DNA of 32,175 nucleotides from Basidiobolus ranarum (Eukaryota), in the NCBI GenBank assembly GCA_040143965.1, contig JASJQH010000085.1:1-32175 (forward strand), read 5' to 3'. Made by a program: the position numbers and the translations under genes. How positions within the stretch are numbered: the first letter of the stretch is position 1; each line of letters begins with the position of its first letter. Shown here piece after piece: positions 1-14,008 of the stretch. Under the pieces are notes generated by a model. It ran no database searches. It was given only the letters and a program-made list of their open reading frames with translations, and had not been told where the DNA came from.

Positions 1-446
1 GGCCCCTGCCGCTGAGTCCACTCCCCCACCACTCCCTCCATTCAACTCAGACCGCCTCTGTCCTGGGGGGGCGGGGCCGGGGCGCCCCAAATCGCTATTC
101 TTATCCTTGTATTGCAGCCTAAATTTATCTACTGAGTGCATTTAGGTTTGTATTGAGCATTGTGTTAAGCATTGTAATGAGACCTGGTGATCTCGTAGCT
201 AATATGGAAATATAAGGAGATACTTGGTCAATATGGATATAGAAATAATGCAGGAATTCCAAGGGGTACATCATTCTGTGTATCCAAAGATCTTCAGTGA
301 TACTTGTTGCAACTGCATCTGGTTACTGCATCTAGTTCAACCATGCTATTCTATTCACGTCGTTAGCCACAACATAGATTCTTTCTAGGTGTCTACGTGG
401 GCTTTTTACTCAACTAACACGGAGTCATCAATATAATGGCGAAGAT

Positions 447-484
447 TGTGTATATGTATATATATATATATATGTGTGTGTGTA
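447..484. repeat. Compound (TA)n/(TG)n microsatellite
   Basis: tgtgtatatgtatatatatatatatatgtgtgtgtgta. Confidence 0.85.
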
Positions 485-790
485 CCTATTGTTGTAATCT
501 AAAGCTACATTGGAATCCTCATATACTGTATGCGCTGTCGTGTAATCAAGTGTACACTGATGCGAAGTTACAACGGGTACGCTGCCAGACAAGTTGACAG
601 ATCGACCAATGATTTCCCAATCATGACGAACACTAAATTAAAACAAATAAACCAATTTATGAAGGGATAGCTAATATTGCTTGGAGATTCAATCCGTGCA
701 GCCATGTAAAGCTGTCTTCATTACAATTCAGTATTCAAATGAGTGAAGGTTCCAAGATCATATATGCACACCTCTGTATCCTCCTAATGG

Positions 791-798
791 TATAAAAG
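791..798 (+). promoter_or_regulatory. Putative TATA box of noxR
   Basis: TATAAAAG 160 nt upstream of the ATG, followed by a pyrimidine-rich leader. Confidence 0.4.
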
Positions 799-950
799 TA
801 CACTGATCAGAAATACGGATTAACTAATTCTCGATTACTCCTCTCTTTCACTGTTCAACCAAATTCAATCTTGCCCTCTTGCTCTTCCGAGGATTTACTT
901 TGACAGCCTCTCAATTCTATTCACCCCATTATCCATTGTTGTCTGTGAGC

Positions 951-2911
951 ATGTCTCTTAAGGTTCGCTCATTTTCTTTGTCAGCTACGAGTGATCATTC
1001 GACTCTAACTCAAATTATTCCGCTCTTGTTTCCTTCATAACAACGATTAGGTTGAACTTGAACAGTGGCTCTTAGCAACGAAGGCATTTGATGATAAAGA
1101 TTATGAGGCCTCGTTAGATTTATTTGAGGTATGTTTTGCTGTTCCTATTTGAATATTATATCTTTTTAAGGCCAGTGTGAATTGAATCTTTATTTATTGC
1201 TAACAAAGGGGATCGCTGACTCTGCAAAAATCCTCTTCAATATCGGTGTAATCCTTGGAGCTATGGATGATCATGAATCAGCGGTATTGACATTGATATT
1301 TAATAAAAAGGGCACTCCCAGGTTTTCACTAACCTCGATTAAAACATTATAAAGATTCATGCTTATGTTTCCGCATTACAACTAGACCAATACTTTGCAA
1401 TTGCTTATTTCCAGAAAGGAGTTTCCAATATGATTCTAAAAGATTTTCATGCCGCTTTTGATGACTTTAACGATGCTCTTTTGGTAACAACCGTTATTTA
1501 CATTCGATTTGATTCGATTTGATTTGGTGCTAACTTTTCTATCAAGTATCTCCGTGGAAACCTCTACATTGATTACTCACAACTAGGCTTGACATTCAAA
1601 TTATATTCTTGCGAAGTGTTGTACAATCGAGCTTTATGCTACTTTGAGCTAAGCGAGGATGCTCTAGGAATGAATGACTTACTCGCCGCCCAAAAAGAGA
1701 AACAAATCGTTGAACATCGAATCGTTGATCGAGCCATCGACAACAAAGGAAAGGTAAGTATCTTGTACGAAAGAATAATTTGGATGCTAGATGATATTCA
1801 TACAGTATTTTCAATTTAGGATTGTCCATTTTATTCATTGCCTACTGGAATGCTTTATAGACCCTGTGAAAACAAAATCAAGAATTCAAAAAAAGTGGAT
1901 TACTTGGGAAATTCCAAACTGATTGCTGCCGTAGAAGATGGTGATACTTTTACAGGATTCAAAGGGGCTATGGTTCGAAGAGTATGCTTCTCTGATTGAT
2001 TTTATATTACATACAAATTTGGAAATACTAAGCTAATTTAAACTTATAGGCAACCAATAATAGTACCACCAGTCCGGTTCCAGTATCAAGAGCTGGATTT
2101 GGAAAGCCACTTTCTGCGCCTGCTTTCTCTCCTAGAAATGTGACAAATCCCTATGCCAACAATCAATTCTCCCGCAATGCTGTGGGTAAAGATAGTAGAT
2201 ATCGAAATCTTCCTAAAGCTTTTGCCAGTGTGAAAAGTAATGCTACTGGTGGCGGCTTAGTACGTAGAGCTACGAGTAGTGATAACATAACGAATTCACC
2301 TGGAGGTAATACTAGAGCTGCTGAACGTTTTCGTCAACAATATGGTTTACTTCGTAGTAATAGTGAAGTAGGCAATTCGGGTGCGGCTGAGGTTCCTAAA
2401 CTAGATATATACTCCGCAATGGAAATGAGCCACCCTATTAATACTGCTCCAGCTAGAGCCGGTAATTGGGACGGCTTCGAATCGTCCTCACCATCTTCAA
2501 AAGTCCCCTCACCAAGCTCGAGTTTTGGTTCCTCCGAAGATAGTATGTCAATATTGAGCAGCAAGTCAGTTCGCATTCCCAAAGGATTGGTAAGTTTATT
2601 TGTATATTTAACTCTCTAGTCTCTAAAGAAAAGTGAAGTTAAAGTTTTATAACTTTCAGTTAAAAGTCAAGTGTCATCACCATGACACTCGAGTTCTCTT
2701 GGTTCATATTGATATCTCTTTCAACGAATTGACCTCACGAATTCAAGAAAAATTCGAAATACTGAAACCAGTGAAACTTAAATACCGTGATGAAGATGAC
2801 GAGCTAGTACTCATGACAGACCAAGAAGATATGGAGATGGCTAGAAGCTGGCTCAACGATACTCCTGAAGAAGGCCCAGGAGATCGTCTGGAAGTGTGGT
2901 GCTTTGAATAA
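951..2911 (+). CDS. noxR: NADPH oxidase regulator NoxR (p67phox-like): N-terminal TPR domain, C-terminal PB1, about 484 aa, 8 exons
   Basis: Exons 951-962, 1051-1128, 1209-1283, 1355-1483, 1547-1753, 1820-1981, 2050-2589, 2660-2911, all GT-AG. Translation MSLKVELEQW...IADSAKILFNIG...LDQYFAIAYFQKGVSN...YLRGNLYIDYSQLGLTFKLYSCEVLYNR...KVDYLGNSKLIAA is the fungal NoxR signature. PB1 shows LKVKCH and the OPCA motif YRDEDDELV. Confidence 0.95.
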
Positions 2912-3339
2912 AATCACAGCAATAGTTACCAGTTGTCTAGTATGAAAGAATATTTTATTTAATTAACTTTTTCTTGTCATAAATAATACCATTTCCTTAA
3001 ATACTTTAGTCTTTGATTTTCCCTTTCTTTATAGTTAATACTTTCATACAGATCTACTTTAGAACTTGGTACACATACAACCCTCTTTAGATATCTAGAT
3101 GTCAGTTTATCTTAGATTTCCAGTCTCCAACAGATAATTCTCAACCAACAGGATTCATCATATTGGATATATTCACACCCATTTGGACAAACATCAAAAG
3201 TGATATCGCAACAGGTTTCATTTTACTTCCATTCATTCACCAACTTAAACCATACATTGAATATTTTAAAAGAATTCCAGGATAATTCATCACCCAAGAT
3301 TGACATGTCATAATAACCCTTTTTAATACCCAATCTTAA

Positions 3340-3386
3340 ATCCCATCCCATCCCATCCCCTGCCCTTCCCTTCCCTTCCCTTCCCT
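3340..3386. repeat. Pentanucleotide microsatellite (ATCCC)n grading into (TTCCC)n
   Basis: atcccatcccatcccatcccctgcccttcccttcccttcccttccct. Confidence 0.8.
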
Positions 3387-3778
3387 ACTTGGTAAGAATC
3401 CCTTTTTTTAATGAAGTTTCTGCCTGGGATAGATATTCTGAAATTCCCTTTTCAACTTTGGATTTTGGTTAAAATTGCTGGTCATTTTATCTTACTAAAA
3501 AAAAACACTAAAAATTCATTTCAATTCATATCCTCTCATTGCCTTGGCTTGCCTTGCCTTGCATTTAATCCAGACAACTTCAACTCTGATAGATACCAGT
3601 AGAAACGTAAATAAATTCACCATGTTCAAGCATTCTCACGATTCAATTATCTTCCAAAATACTTGAATCCATTTTCATTTCCAATGGCTTGTGTAAATGA
3701 ATGATTTTATTTGAAGAGAGATTAGTCAAAGAAATAACATTAAGGAGATCAACAATAACATCATCAAAGTATGCCTTA

Positions 3779-6700
3779 TTACAACGTATCCCACCCACCA
3801 GTATCGAATGTCTGCTCTATTTTTCTTGCGACAATAATGGGTATGGTTTGAGTTAACCAAGTACGTCTCACATCATCATAACGTTGAAGATTTAAATATT
3901 GTGGTCTACCCCGTCTAAAGAAATCATATTCAACTTGAATAAACTATTTTTCACCAGATTAAGATTTGAATGAATATTGTAAATTTACCTTAATCCATGA
4001 TCTACTTCACCGTGAACATCTAAATACGGTGCATCCATAAAGCATCCATTCTCTCGGTGTTGATAAACTACCATACTCTTTTTCACTAGAAGACACATTC
4101 CGACACTTCCGAGGCATCTAATAATCAAGTAAATTCCTTTTAAAATTCATTCTTCACACTAATATTTCTCAACTACTTACTCTTTCATATGACGATAGCA
4201 TTCTCCCCTTTTCCCATCGATACAGCAATCACTTTGACTGCAAAGGAATATCCCGCAAAGCAAACAGAGGGCGGGATTTGAAGGGACCTTTCCACATCTA
4301 CGACATATTGTACTTGAGCTCACCTGGAATAGAGCATCCAATCGCCCTGGAAGAGGTATAAGTTCAAAGATACAAGGGTGGTTCAAATGAATCGGTGTCA
4401 CAGGAGTGATTGATTTGGAGCTACTGCGATGATATTGTAAATGATAACACCATCCGTAAATTATTGGTGATGAAATACATATTTCTGATAAAGCAGGAAG
4501 TCGAAGGTATTCGCACAATCTATCAAATTCAGTGGCCGAGTCGGAAGGATTGGCATTTGCAGGGGGCATAAGAAGTCCAAAACGAACGTGGAAAAATATG
4601 GCAGCTCTTCTCAAGAATGGTAAAGTGAAAGTTCGAATCATTTTAGTTAAGATTCGGTTATCTATTTGTGACAGTATGCAACTGATTTCTTGTTCAGTTT
4701 TTCCTGTCTGTGATAGGACTTCGGCCGCGAAAGGTGCTACATCAAATTCTCCGTAATTGGTTCCATTTCTAAAGTACTGACTTTGTTCCTTCCAGCCATT
4801 TCCAATTTGATTCTCAGCCAAAGCCGACTCTCCTAAAGCAACAATTACTCTTACAACCTCGGCAGTATACAGTAGTCGTAGTAAATGATACACGTCCAAA
4901 GTTAACGAAGAAACCGCAAATCCACAAAGCTCAACTAGAACGAAAAATGGATCCTCACCCAGTAAGGGCTGGATAGTACGCGAGGTTTTGGGGAATTTAC
5001 TAGAAGCTCGGCTTGAGGCGACGTGTTCAAAGTGATAAATGATTTGCTTCATTCTACGGGAAGCACCTTTTTTCCATTGTGGCAATGTTTCGGAGGATGT
5101 ATCATTCTCCGGATAGGCAGTGGCGAAGCGTGTCAAGGAATTCAAGAAAACTCTCAATAGGGTCCAAGTTGTAGTTCCAATGTTTCCAAGTAGGGCACCG
5201 TTAACTGAAGTGTCATTCTTCTTTACACCTCGTGCTTTAATTTCCAAACACGAAATGGTGTAAGCAAGTATATCGGACAACAAATTAAAATCTTCTGGTG
5301 CTTGATGGTGACTTGTTTGAGGCTCTTCGATGTTTTGATGGAAATATGCACTGTGCATAACCGCTACCATACTAACGAACATTTGCTTGAGAACTGTCTC
5401 CCCATCTTGAGACTCGCTCTCCCGAGAGGTGGAAGTCGCTTGGGCCTCAAGTGGCGCACCAGGAGCTCGTAGAAACTCTTGAACAAATTGGGTTATTGCT
5501 TCTCTCAATCTCCCAGCTCCGCTCTCTCTTCTTCCATCTGGGAATCTGGAAGACGTAGATAATCTATCAGAATCACGAACAGCTCCATCAGAGATATTGA
5601 CCGAGTTTTCAGCATCTTCATTGATTTCCGATTCTTTGATAAGACTTTTTGCGGCATTCATGAATTCTTCATTTATCCATTTACTGTAGTCTGGATTTAA
5701 ATATTGGATCACTTTCTCGTAGTGCTCCTTAGTCTCGGTGACGACTGGGATCAGAATATTTCCGAGTGATTTACAGAGAGGACACATGAATTCCTTGAGC
5801 TCAATGTTTTCAGGATGATTACGAGTGGGTTGCAGAGAATGGCGTTGCTCAATCGAAGCGAAATAGCTATTAAAGCATTGCACATGCATAAGATGGCCGC
5901 AGGAAGATCCGTACAATCCGCGCCGAGATGACTTGAAAGAGAATGCTTCAGCAAAGTGGGATACGTCGTCGTTTATTACATTCCGTTGGACATGGTCATC
6001 CAGGGTTTCTGGAGCATCCAACACTTGTGTCAGCATTCTTGGATCATCGAGGAAGGTATGTCGGAGTAGCCTGGAGTCCTGTATAGATCCTAGCATTCCA
6101 TATAACGAGTTGCGGTCGAGCTCTTCTTGACATACAATACACGTTCCAACAGGGTGTTCCCATAGTTTTGGAATATCATCATGGATGCTGTCGTCAAGCT
6201 CAAATGCCTCATCTTCCCCATATTCATCATCGTCCATGTACTCATCCTCCTCCATGTCGCTGAAATAATCTTCGTTTTGAGCAAGGAATGATTGCTGTGC
6301 TTTCGCAAAATCGTTCATGATCTTAGTCTGAAGCTCCTTGGCGGCGATCTTCTTACGTTCATGCTCCGTTAACTCGGCACTAACACTCTCGGACATAAGG
6401 CCAACTTCATGCTTGACCTTTGCAATGCTCTCTCTACTGATTGGCCCACCATATTTATCAAAAACTGAGATTATATAATCGGTCTTGGGTTTCACCTCAG
6501 GATATTTAGAATGATCAAAGTATTCTAGAAGGAATTCCAAAAGAGTAATGGAGATGGAACGATCTTGAATCAAATATTTCTCAGTCATTGCGTTGAAAAT
6601 AAAGCCAGATGAATAGGTAGCAGACCCATCCTCATGCTCAAGACCTTCGAATGCCATCATGATTAGGTGAAGTGCTTCGTCTACGATGGTCTCTGATTTG

Positions 6701-9700
6701 ATGAGACTCTCGTGTACAGCATACCAGAGGGCATTGAAGATAATACGACATAAGCTTGGGGAATGGAGAGTCTGAGATAAATTGATGTATGGGCCCCGCT
6801 CAATTGGCACGAGCTTTGGCTTGACAAACACTGGCGTATCCTTGTCTAGGAATTGCTTCTGCATCTTGGTCTTGAGTATTTCTTCAGCTTCTTCACGGTT
6901 GTTTCTCGAATAATGTATAAAGTAAGGATCGACCGCGTCATAGTATTCCTCCTTAAGTTCGTAGCATCCATGGGAAATACCATCCGGTGGCTTGAAGTTG
7001 GAGACCTCCTTTAGAATCTCATCAAAGTTTTCGTATTGGATCAATCGCTCGGGGATTCTCTTCGTTAGTTCAGAATAAGCGATTGGGGAGATGCAACCGT
7101 GTATGATCTCTCGTCTGACTTTCTCGTCCATAGTTATGCCAGTGACAATGGCTCTCTCTCCTACGCAAATGATGATCAAATTAAGCAGGTCTTCTATCAA
7201 AAACATCAATTGCGTTGGTTCAAACTCCGAGTTCGGAATATTATTAAACCAATTCAACAATCCGTATCTATCAACGATGTTGGTTAAGACTCGGTCAGTA
7301 TCCAAGACAACTAACGCCGTCTGGATGAGTAGAACTTCCAGGTCATAAGTATTCTCCCGCAGCGAGCAATCGAGATAGTGGTGAGCCTGGAGTAGGATTG
7401 GAAGCAGGGTACTTTAGCCCTATGCATAGCAATAACAAACATCTATAGAGTATCGACATACCTGGTTTCTTATACCGAACCCATTTCTAACCCAAAGTCC
7501 CGCACGGATCTGGGCCAACAAGCCACTGACTATAAATGCAATCAAAAAGAGTCAACTGACTGTCAGTAGAAGTTAAAAACACAATAACTACATACCTCTA
7601 ATAGGATAGTCAACCAGTGCCAGAAAACGATCAGTACCCTCCGCTTCATCGATGTTTAACAGCATGTTCTTAAAGCTGCGGTAGCCAGACTCTATAATGG
7701 CAGAAGTCTCCAGTAGATGGACATTTTCAAGCAATCCTCCAAAAAACCAATGTAGAGGATGATGGAACGATACAGGCTGGCTCGAGATTTCATACTCAAC
7801 GATATTATAATTATTGGCCAGCTTGAATTTAGGAGGTTGATGTTCAACGCGTCTTTGAGGTCCAGTATCATCATCAGCATCTGGAGGTTGTGGAGGGGAG
7901 TGATTTGCCCATTCGGATATTTTCAATATAACCTCTCTAATGGCTCTGGCCAATACGTCGGTATTGGTTGTATAGCATTCGGCAAAGTTTCGGCATAACT
8001 TGGCGTGATGGAGGGTCGCGTTGAAGGCGTTAATCCAAGTGTCAGTCTCATATTCAATATGTTGCGACACATATCTAACTGAAGGATTCATTCCTTGAAA
8101 TGGAACCAAGAAATCCATATACTGGCCTAGGTAAGCAGGCTCTTTAGGGATCACGCGCTTAACATTGTCGGAGCTAACCAAATAGCGAAGATCACTGAAA
8201 ATATGGAAATAGCGACGATTACGCATCGCCTCTGAATCACAATCAATGGTCAAATATATAGGCACCTCGAAAGGAGTCAGCTTGACTTTTCCGGTCAGGA
8301 AAAATGATCGGAAGATCGAAAGTATCGATGTTAAGAAGTGGCAATCTTGGACTAAATATTCAGAGATTGTTGGGACTGTGAAGACTTGAACTGAAAATAA
8401 AATGATGGAATCTTCGGGAACTTGATCTCTTAATAGGAACGCAGAACTCAGCTCGTGGTACATTAAGGCAAATCGAACGGCTATTTTTTGGAAGAATTCA
8501 GTTAAATATTCCCTCAAACAACAAAGCACACCACCAACATACCGATAAACTTCTTGAACCATGGTATAGCAACCGAAGCAGTAATATAGAGCTCCCTCAA
8601 ACTATTACGCGCCTCTCTCCAGAGTCTGAGGTCATATATCAGTAGTTTATCCAAGCGAAGGCGATTTGACCTTGAGCCATCCGTAAATTCCGAAGAAAGT
8701 TCATCAGTTTTAGATGTTTGTCCTTTGCTCCGAGATAGATTGGGAAGTTGGCTTTCATCACGGTTATTAGGCTGTTCATCGTCAACAACCATTGTCGTCA
8801 CACTAGGATATGTGTTGTAATCCATTGAGACTCTATCCTCATTAGCACCAATTGGATCGTAGCTCTCTTCATCTTCGTCCATACAAATGTTGCTTCCAGT
8901 ATCACTTCCACCCTCGCTTTGACTATCTCCAACATCGTATTGATCATAAAAGTACACGCTTGGTTCCTGTCCCAAAACCTCACAGAGAGTCTCCATAAAC
9001 ACATGAAGAATCTTACCCTTCATAACAGAACCGATTTGCCCACGCTTTCCAACAGACAGTTCTTTGAGCCATTGGATAAACATTCCGCTTATTTCCTCTC
9101 TAAAATTGTCACGAGCAGAGCGAATAGTCACGCTAAGACCAATTGAGCTAATTCTATCTGCAACTCTCTGAAGTCGTGGGATAGAAGAGGATATTTCTAC
9201 GGTTTCACGCCCCTAGTTATTTTACGTTTGAGTTACGAAGTTTTTATAAAGTTATGAGGAGAACTTACATGGCTATCAACATGATGTGCGACTCGGTTTG
9301 CTTCTACTTTTGAGCACCCAGTAGCCTCAATGACTTGATCAATAACTTCTTGGAAAGAATGGCTTTCATCATTCCATAGTACACAAGCATAAATCGTTTG
9401 CTCGGGCTCCACACTTCCAATAATTTGATCAATTTTAGCAGTTTCTTGTTTGATATGTTCAATGTCTCTGGAATAAGTTAAACTCTCTGGAGAAAAACAA
9501 AGTGTTTGTAACATGAAATCTATGACAGTTAGCATAGTCTCCTGAATAGAAAATACAAGGTCGTCAGGGACAGGTTGCACGTCCTCCTCGTCATCTTCCT
9601 CTGCCACTTTCTCTTCCTGAATTTCATCAGCTGTATGATAACTGCACTGTAAAGGTATTTTCCAAGCTTCTAAATCACCACAATCACAGCATCCTCCGGA

Positions 9701-10211
9701 ACCTGAATTGACAGAAAAACTGGTATCATGGCCTGTATGATCAGTTGCATGAAAACAACGAGAACAAAGCACACAAGTATCATCTAAGGCGCAGTTTCTA
9801 CAAATAACAAAGTTAGTCACATTTGAAAACTACACCTTCTTACTATTGAATTTCATACGAATAAATAGAATATTACCTGCAACGATATACACCTTCACCT
9901 CTCTTGAATACATGGCCACAGGGCTTTCCCTTCTGGGCCGGCAAATACTCAGGATCCAAACTGTTTTCGGGCTTTAACTCATCTTGACGATCAAGTACTT
10001 CAGGAAACAAAAGGTTTATATAGTCATAATTGAAACCGCATAAAGAGGATAAAAATACACGAAGTATTTCTTTTTGTGCGGTTGCGTCAAGGCGATAGTT
10101 GAATTTTTTGGGAGAATCTCTTAAATAATTAGCAAATGAAAAATCCCCCTCCACAGCAAAAGAGAAATCCTCGTCAGCAGTAGAAGAGTTATGAAGTGGT
10201 ACTGAATCCAT
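3779..10211 (-). CDS. UBR1: N-recognin E3 ubiquitin ligase UBR1/UBR2 family, about 1985 aa, 8 exons
   Basis: Exons 10211-9877, 9797-9269, 9212-8543, 8480-7596, 7529-7462, 7386-4181, 4117-3989, 3914-3779, all GT-AG and in frame. Domains: UBR box ([26 protein letters not shown]...GGCCDCGD), ClpS-like domain (VLWNDESHSFQEVI), QIRAGLWVRNG, RING-H2 (CIVCQ...SCGHLMHVQC...CPLCKSL), C-terminal APYLDVHGEVDHGLRRGRP. Confidence 0.97.
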
Positions 10212-11094
10212 TTGGTATAGTCTACCAATGGTTTTGAAATCAAATGTTTAAGGCTTAATCCACACTTGAGGGAAAGGAATCTGCTGTAAAGAAAAGAGGA
10301 TTGCTTTACTAAACTGTTGAACGTTTCTTTTCTAAAATCTTAAGAATAGAGAGTTATTATGTTCAAGTAGAAATATTCAATACAAATATTTTGAGCTACA
10401 GAGTTGATAAGTCGAAGTATGTTGTATTTTGAATATCTATGATTTCTAAGGCCACTTTAGTAAACCATATTGATTACGCACTTGTAATGTATAAAATGTA
10501 AAAAATGAATTGTTAATCGATTAATCCATAGCCGCAATGGCACGATTTAATGAATGTTGAGGGAGAGTCACCAAGATCTCAACATAGAAATTAAGCACAA
10601 CTGTAGATTCAGATAATTTAGAAACAATCCAGCACAATTCTCTTACTGGAATTGTAGCGTTTTAAGATAGCAAATCATCCTGTATCCAGAAGATCCTATC
10701 CCTCGCCTCCTATCATCACATGGAATATGATCAAGAGTAAGGATACGTTTATAATTATATGCATTTGAAGAGTCGGTTCTTGTTAAAATTCAAGTGTATC
10801 ATTACATCAAACTAGTTTGTAAGTTAAAAGCGGTTTTGAAATTCCGAACAATAAATGAAACCGCATGTCAGTTTATGTAATCGCCTAAACCAATTGTTAG
10901 TAATCACTGAATTCCCTAATATATTTGATGAACTAAGGGTACCCACTCTGGATATGTAGATTGAAATACAGTGCAATATCAACTCTATCTTATCTATATC
11001 GAAAAAGTAAGCTCAATCAACCTTGGACAGTTTTAGCTTCTTCAGTGACCATTCATTTAAACCTTCATTTTCGTGACGAACGAATTGTCTAATA

Positions 11095-14008
11095 ATGGAC
11101 TTGAAATCGTTGTCAAACAAAATCGAGCGAATTGAGAAGCATTTAACCGATGGAGTGCTCGTTTTGGCCAGCATCGAGCTACAAGAAGCTTACGCGCAGT
11201 ATTCCAGAAATATAAGCTTACTAGTACGTTTATACTTTTTCGACACTATTATACAACGTATTTGACCTTCCTATGCTTTCTCTGCAGTTTCTAGAGCAAA
11301 AAATAGCTTTCCGAGAAGGAGATATAGAAAAGGCGGTGGATATCTTTCGCCAAATGTAAGAATCGTTGATACTTTTGATATATTCGTATCATACATTGAC
11401 CTGTAGCCCATATTAGCCAGGAGAATTACTACCATGAAGAACGGTACAAAAGTTACCTCCTTTCTCTCGCACAGGCTGTATTCTATCAATGCCAGAATGA
11501 ATATTATGGTGAGTACTAATTCTATGAGTCTATGATAATTCCTGAAAATTAATTTGTTTAATGTTAGCTTTTTTTATAAACGCACCTCGAAAATTGCAAA
11601 AGGAATTACTGATTAATGCGGCAGGTACGGTTACTCTAGCCTATCAATCAACCCTCCTATGCATTTATAGTAAACTTGTCTGCAGCAATATATGAGAAGA
11701 AGGAACAGAGATTTGAGGCCTGTAAATTATACTCGATCATCGCCATTCGGTTCCCAGAGATGATTTCCGTGTATGGAGTAGGTGATCTTGCCATTTGAGT
11801 ATGCTATACATAAATTCTAATATCATTTAGCCTTTGGCTGCTCAACTAGCCTTACAGTGTGAAGAAATGAACCAACCGCTGCCCCATTTGAATACATACC
11901 GTAGCATCCTTGGTATGAGCTTTTATTGTAGCTATTTGTAATGATGTGAATAATTAATATTGGAACAGTGCAATCCATTCTGCCTCAAATCTTAACGCAA
12001 AGCATTACCATAAGGAGTTCAACAAAATCGTTCAACTCCAACTTATCTTTGACTATGGAGGAGATTACCGCATGGCTTGAGGCTGTACAAAGTTATTATT
12101 TTTCAAGACATCACTGGCGAAGGATGCACGAGCTCATCGTTCTAATGATTCAACAATGCGGATTTTTGAGTGATATCAAGTAAATGTCTTTCTGAATGCT
12201 TGTTGCAGAATGGTCTCTACGTCTGATCTAACCCAGATTCTTCTCAAGATGTTTAACCGATACTCCTCCGAATGTTGATAATACTCTTCTCTTCCCTGAA
12301 AAAGTCATCAACCATATAGTTAGCAATCCCAGCACAATTCCTGTTGAGTTTGAGTTCCGATTTTTTGCAGGTTGCTTTGTACAGCTGGCTTTTGAGTACT
12401 ATTCGATTGTTTCTGGATATCGTGCTTCTAGTAGCAGTAAGTGGTGCACATACAATTGATTTCGACCAAGTGCTTACCTTTTATCGTAGCGAAAATCACC
12501 ATTATTCCTGTTGGATTAATCCGGAAAGATGGCTTATTTAACGAGCGGCCACCCAAGAAACGAAAATATACATCCAACTCGAAGTCTAACTCTTCTCAGC
12601 AGTCAGCTCAAGGTAAGTTCCAAAGGCTACTTTGAGGTATGATCACCGTCTCATCGTCACTTTGCACGTAGCTCATATACCCGTTGAGTTGTTGATGATC
12701 TTACGTAAGGCTGGAGAGCTGAAAAGACACATAAATACTCTCTCGCTGAGCTATGACGTTGGTAAGTTCAATTTAACAAGCTTGCAAGTAAGAGAGTCTG
12801 ATCTGTTTACACTGAACTATTGTTCTGGACAGAATTTCCCAATTTGTGTACACGATGGAGGCTTCCCTTTGATATCCAAAACGCCGTTGATACGATGATG
12901 GCTGATCTGAATGTTATGGAGGTACCAATAGATGACCTTACTCTCTCGATCTTGTGTATACTCATTCCTAATCTGATCTGTGTGAACATAGGGAAACCCG
13001 TCCATTGCTATACCAATTTACAAATCGCTCAGCGCTCGTCTCAAAAAGGCATGGGCAATGCAAAAGGAAGTAAGAAAACGAATCTGCTCAAAACTCCCAT
13101 GCCCCAACCCTACTCCTTTAGATGCGACTTTGATAAATAGTCGCTGGTCAAAGCTATTCCCTTTCCGAATCCTCTATACCCTCGCAGTTGCATCCGTGCT
13201 AGATGGGCACTACCGAGTAAGATTAATATATTGCTCCGTGACCTGATTCCTATCTAATATACCGTTCTCTCTTAGGCGGCAATCAACCAATTTCTTAGCA
13301 TCATTTGCACCTTAACTTGTGAAGAAATTGAGTCGGAAGCCTTTTACGTTGATAAAGAATTCAAGTTTCGATTTAAAGAGGCAACTGCTGAGGCATTGAT
13401 TGCGCGATGTATTCATGATATTTTATACGCCATTGAGGTAAGCACAAGACATGGGTTCATGAATGTGAAATTAGAGTTAATCATTCTCCCACAAATCACA
13501 GAAAGAGATACAGTGCAATGGATTTGACGACACTCTAATCGTTTGCAGGCTGGTGTTGAGTCAATTCACCTTTTCTTACGCCTCACTATATATTCAACAA
13601 ACATTTGAAACAGTAGCCAAGAATGGAACTTTCACATTTCCACAGTTCTTTGAGTTCATATTTGGTATGTACAGTGGTGTCGATTCAGTTGAGTTACTAC
13701 TGCTAATGATTGATTTTGTGCATTCCAAATATTTAGACGAAAACATATTGCAAATCATACACCAAACAAACGTTCATAACTATCATCCAATATTCATGCT
13801 CCCAAACAAGTTTTACGAAGAATCAGTAGCCAGCTCACAGCAAGTGACACAGAGTCCTTCACAATCCAGTCAAATGATACGAGAGCAAGTCTTTACCATT
13901 ATTGAATCCACCTTTGCAAAAGCACGACTCCGACAAACTCAGAAAAAACTACCCTTACTACTACGATTTTGTCAACAAGCATTTCGTAAATTAACCGAAG
14001 ATAAATGA
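11095..14008 (+). CDS. INTS10: Integrator complex subunit 10-like protein, about 15 exons
   Basis: Hand-spliced GT-AG exons give ...FFINAPRKLQKELLINAA...IAIRFPEMISVYGPLAAQLALQCEEMNQPLPHLNTYRSILVQSILPQIL... and C-terminal LVLSQFTF...KNGTFTFPQFFEFIFDENIL...LPN...LLLRFCQQ. These align with human INTS10 as recalled (LLRRFPETVVQHG...PVNCFRKLFVCDVLPLI; QQGNFQYENFFNYVTNIDML; VLHRFC). The last intron (13665-13736) is read through in the ORF track. Confidence 0.8.

Noticed and set aside
1-145. GC-rich start with G-runs (G7-G4-G4, G-quadruplex-like) and a short open frame APAAESTPPP...
   Set aside because: Truncated by the window edge and has no recognisable homology; could be a gene tail or low-quality sequence
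3102-3161. Minus-strand ATGATGA...CTGA pair resembling a box C/D snoRNA
   Set aside because: No rRNA-complementary guide that I can recognise, and the terminal stem is weak; such boxes arise by chance in AT-rich DNA
3113-3300. Minus-strand peptide TFDVCPNGC resembling a CACTA transposase Cys motif
   Set aside because: Only a few residues match, the frame has stops, and there are no TIRs or other transposase motifs
10830-10864. GCGGTTT-N21-AAACCGC inverted repeat in the UBR1/INTS10 divergent promoter
   Set aside because: 7-bp arms are within chance expectation
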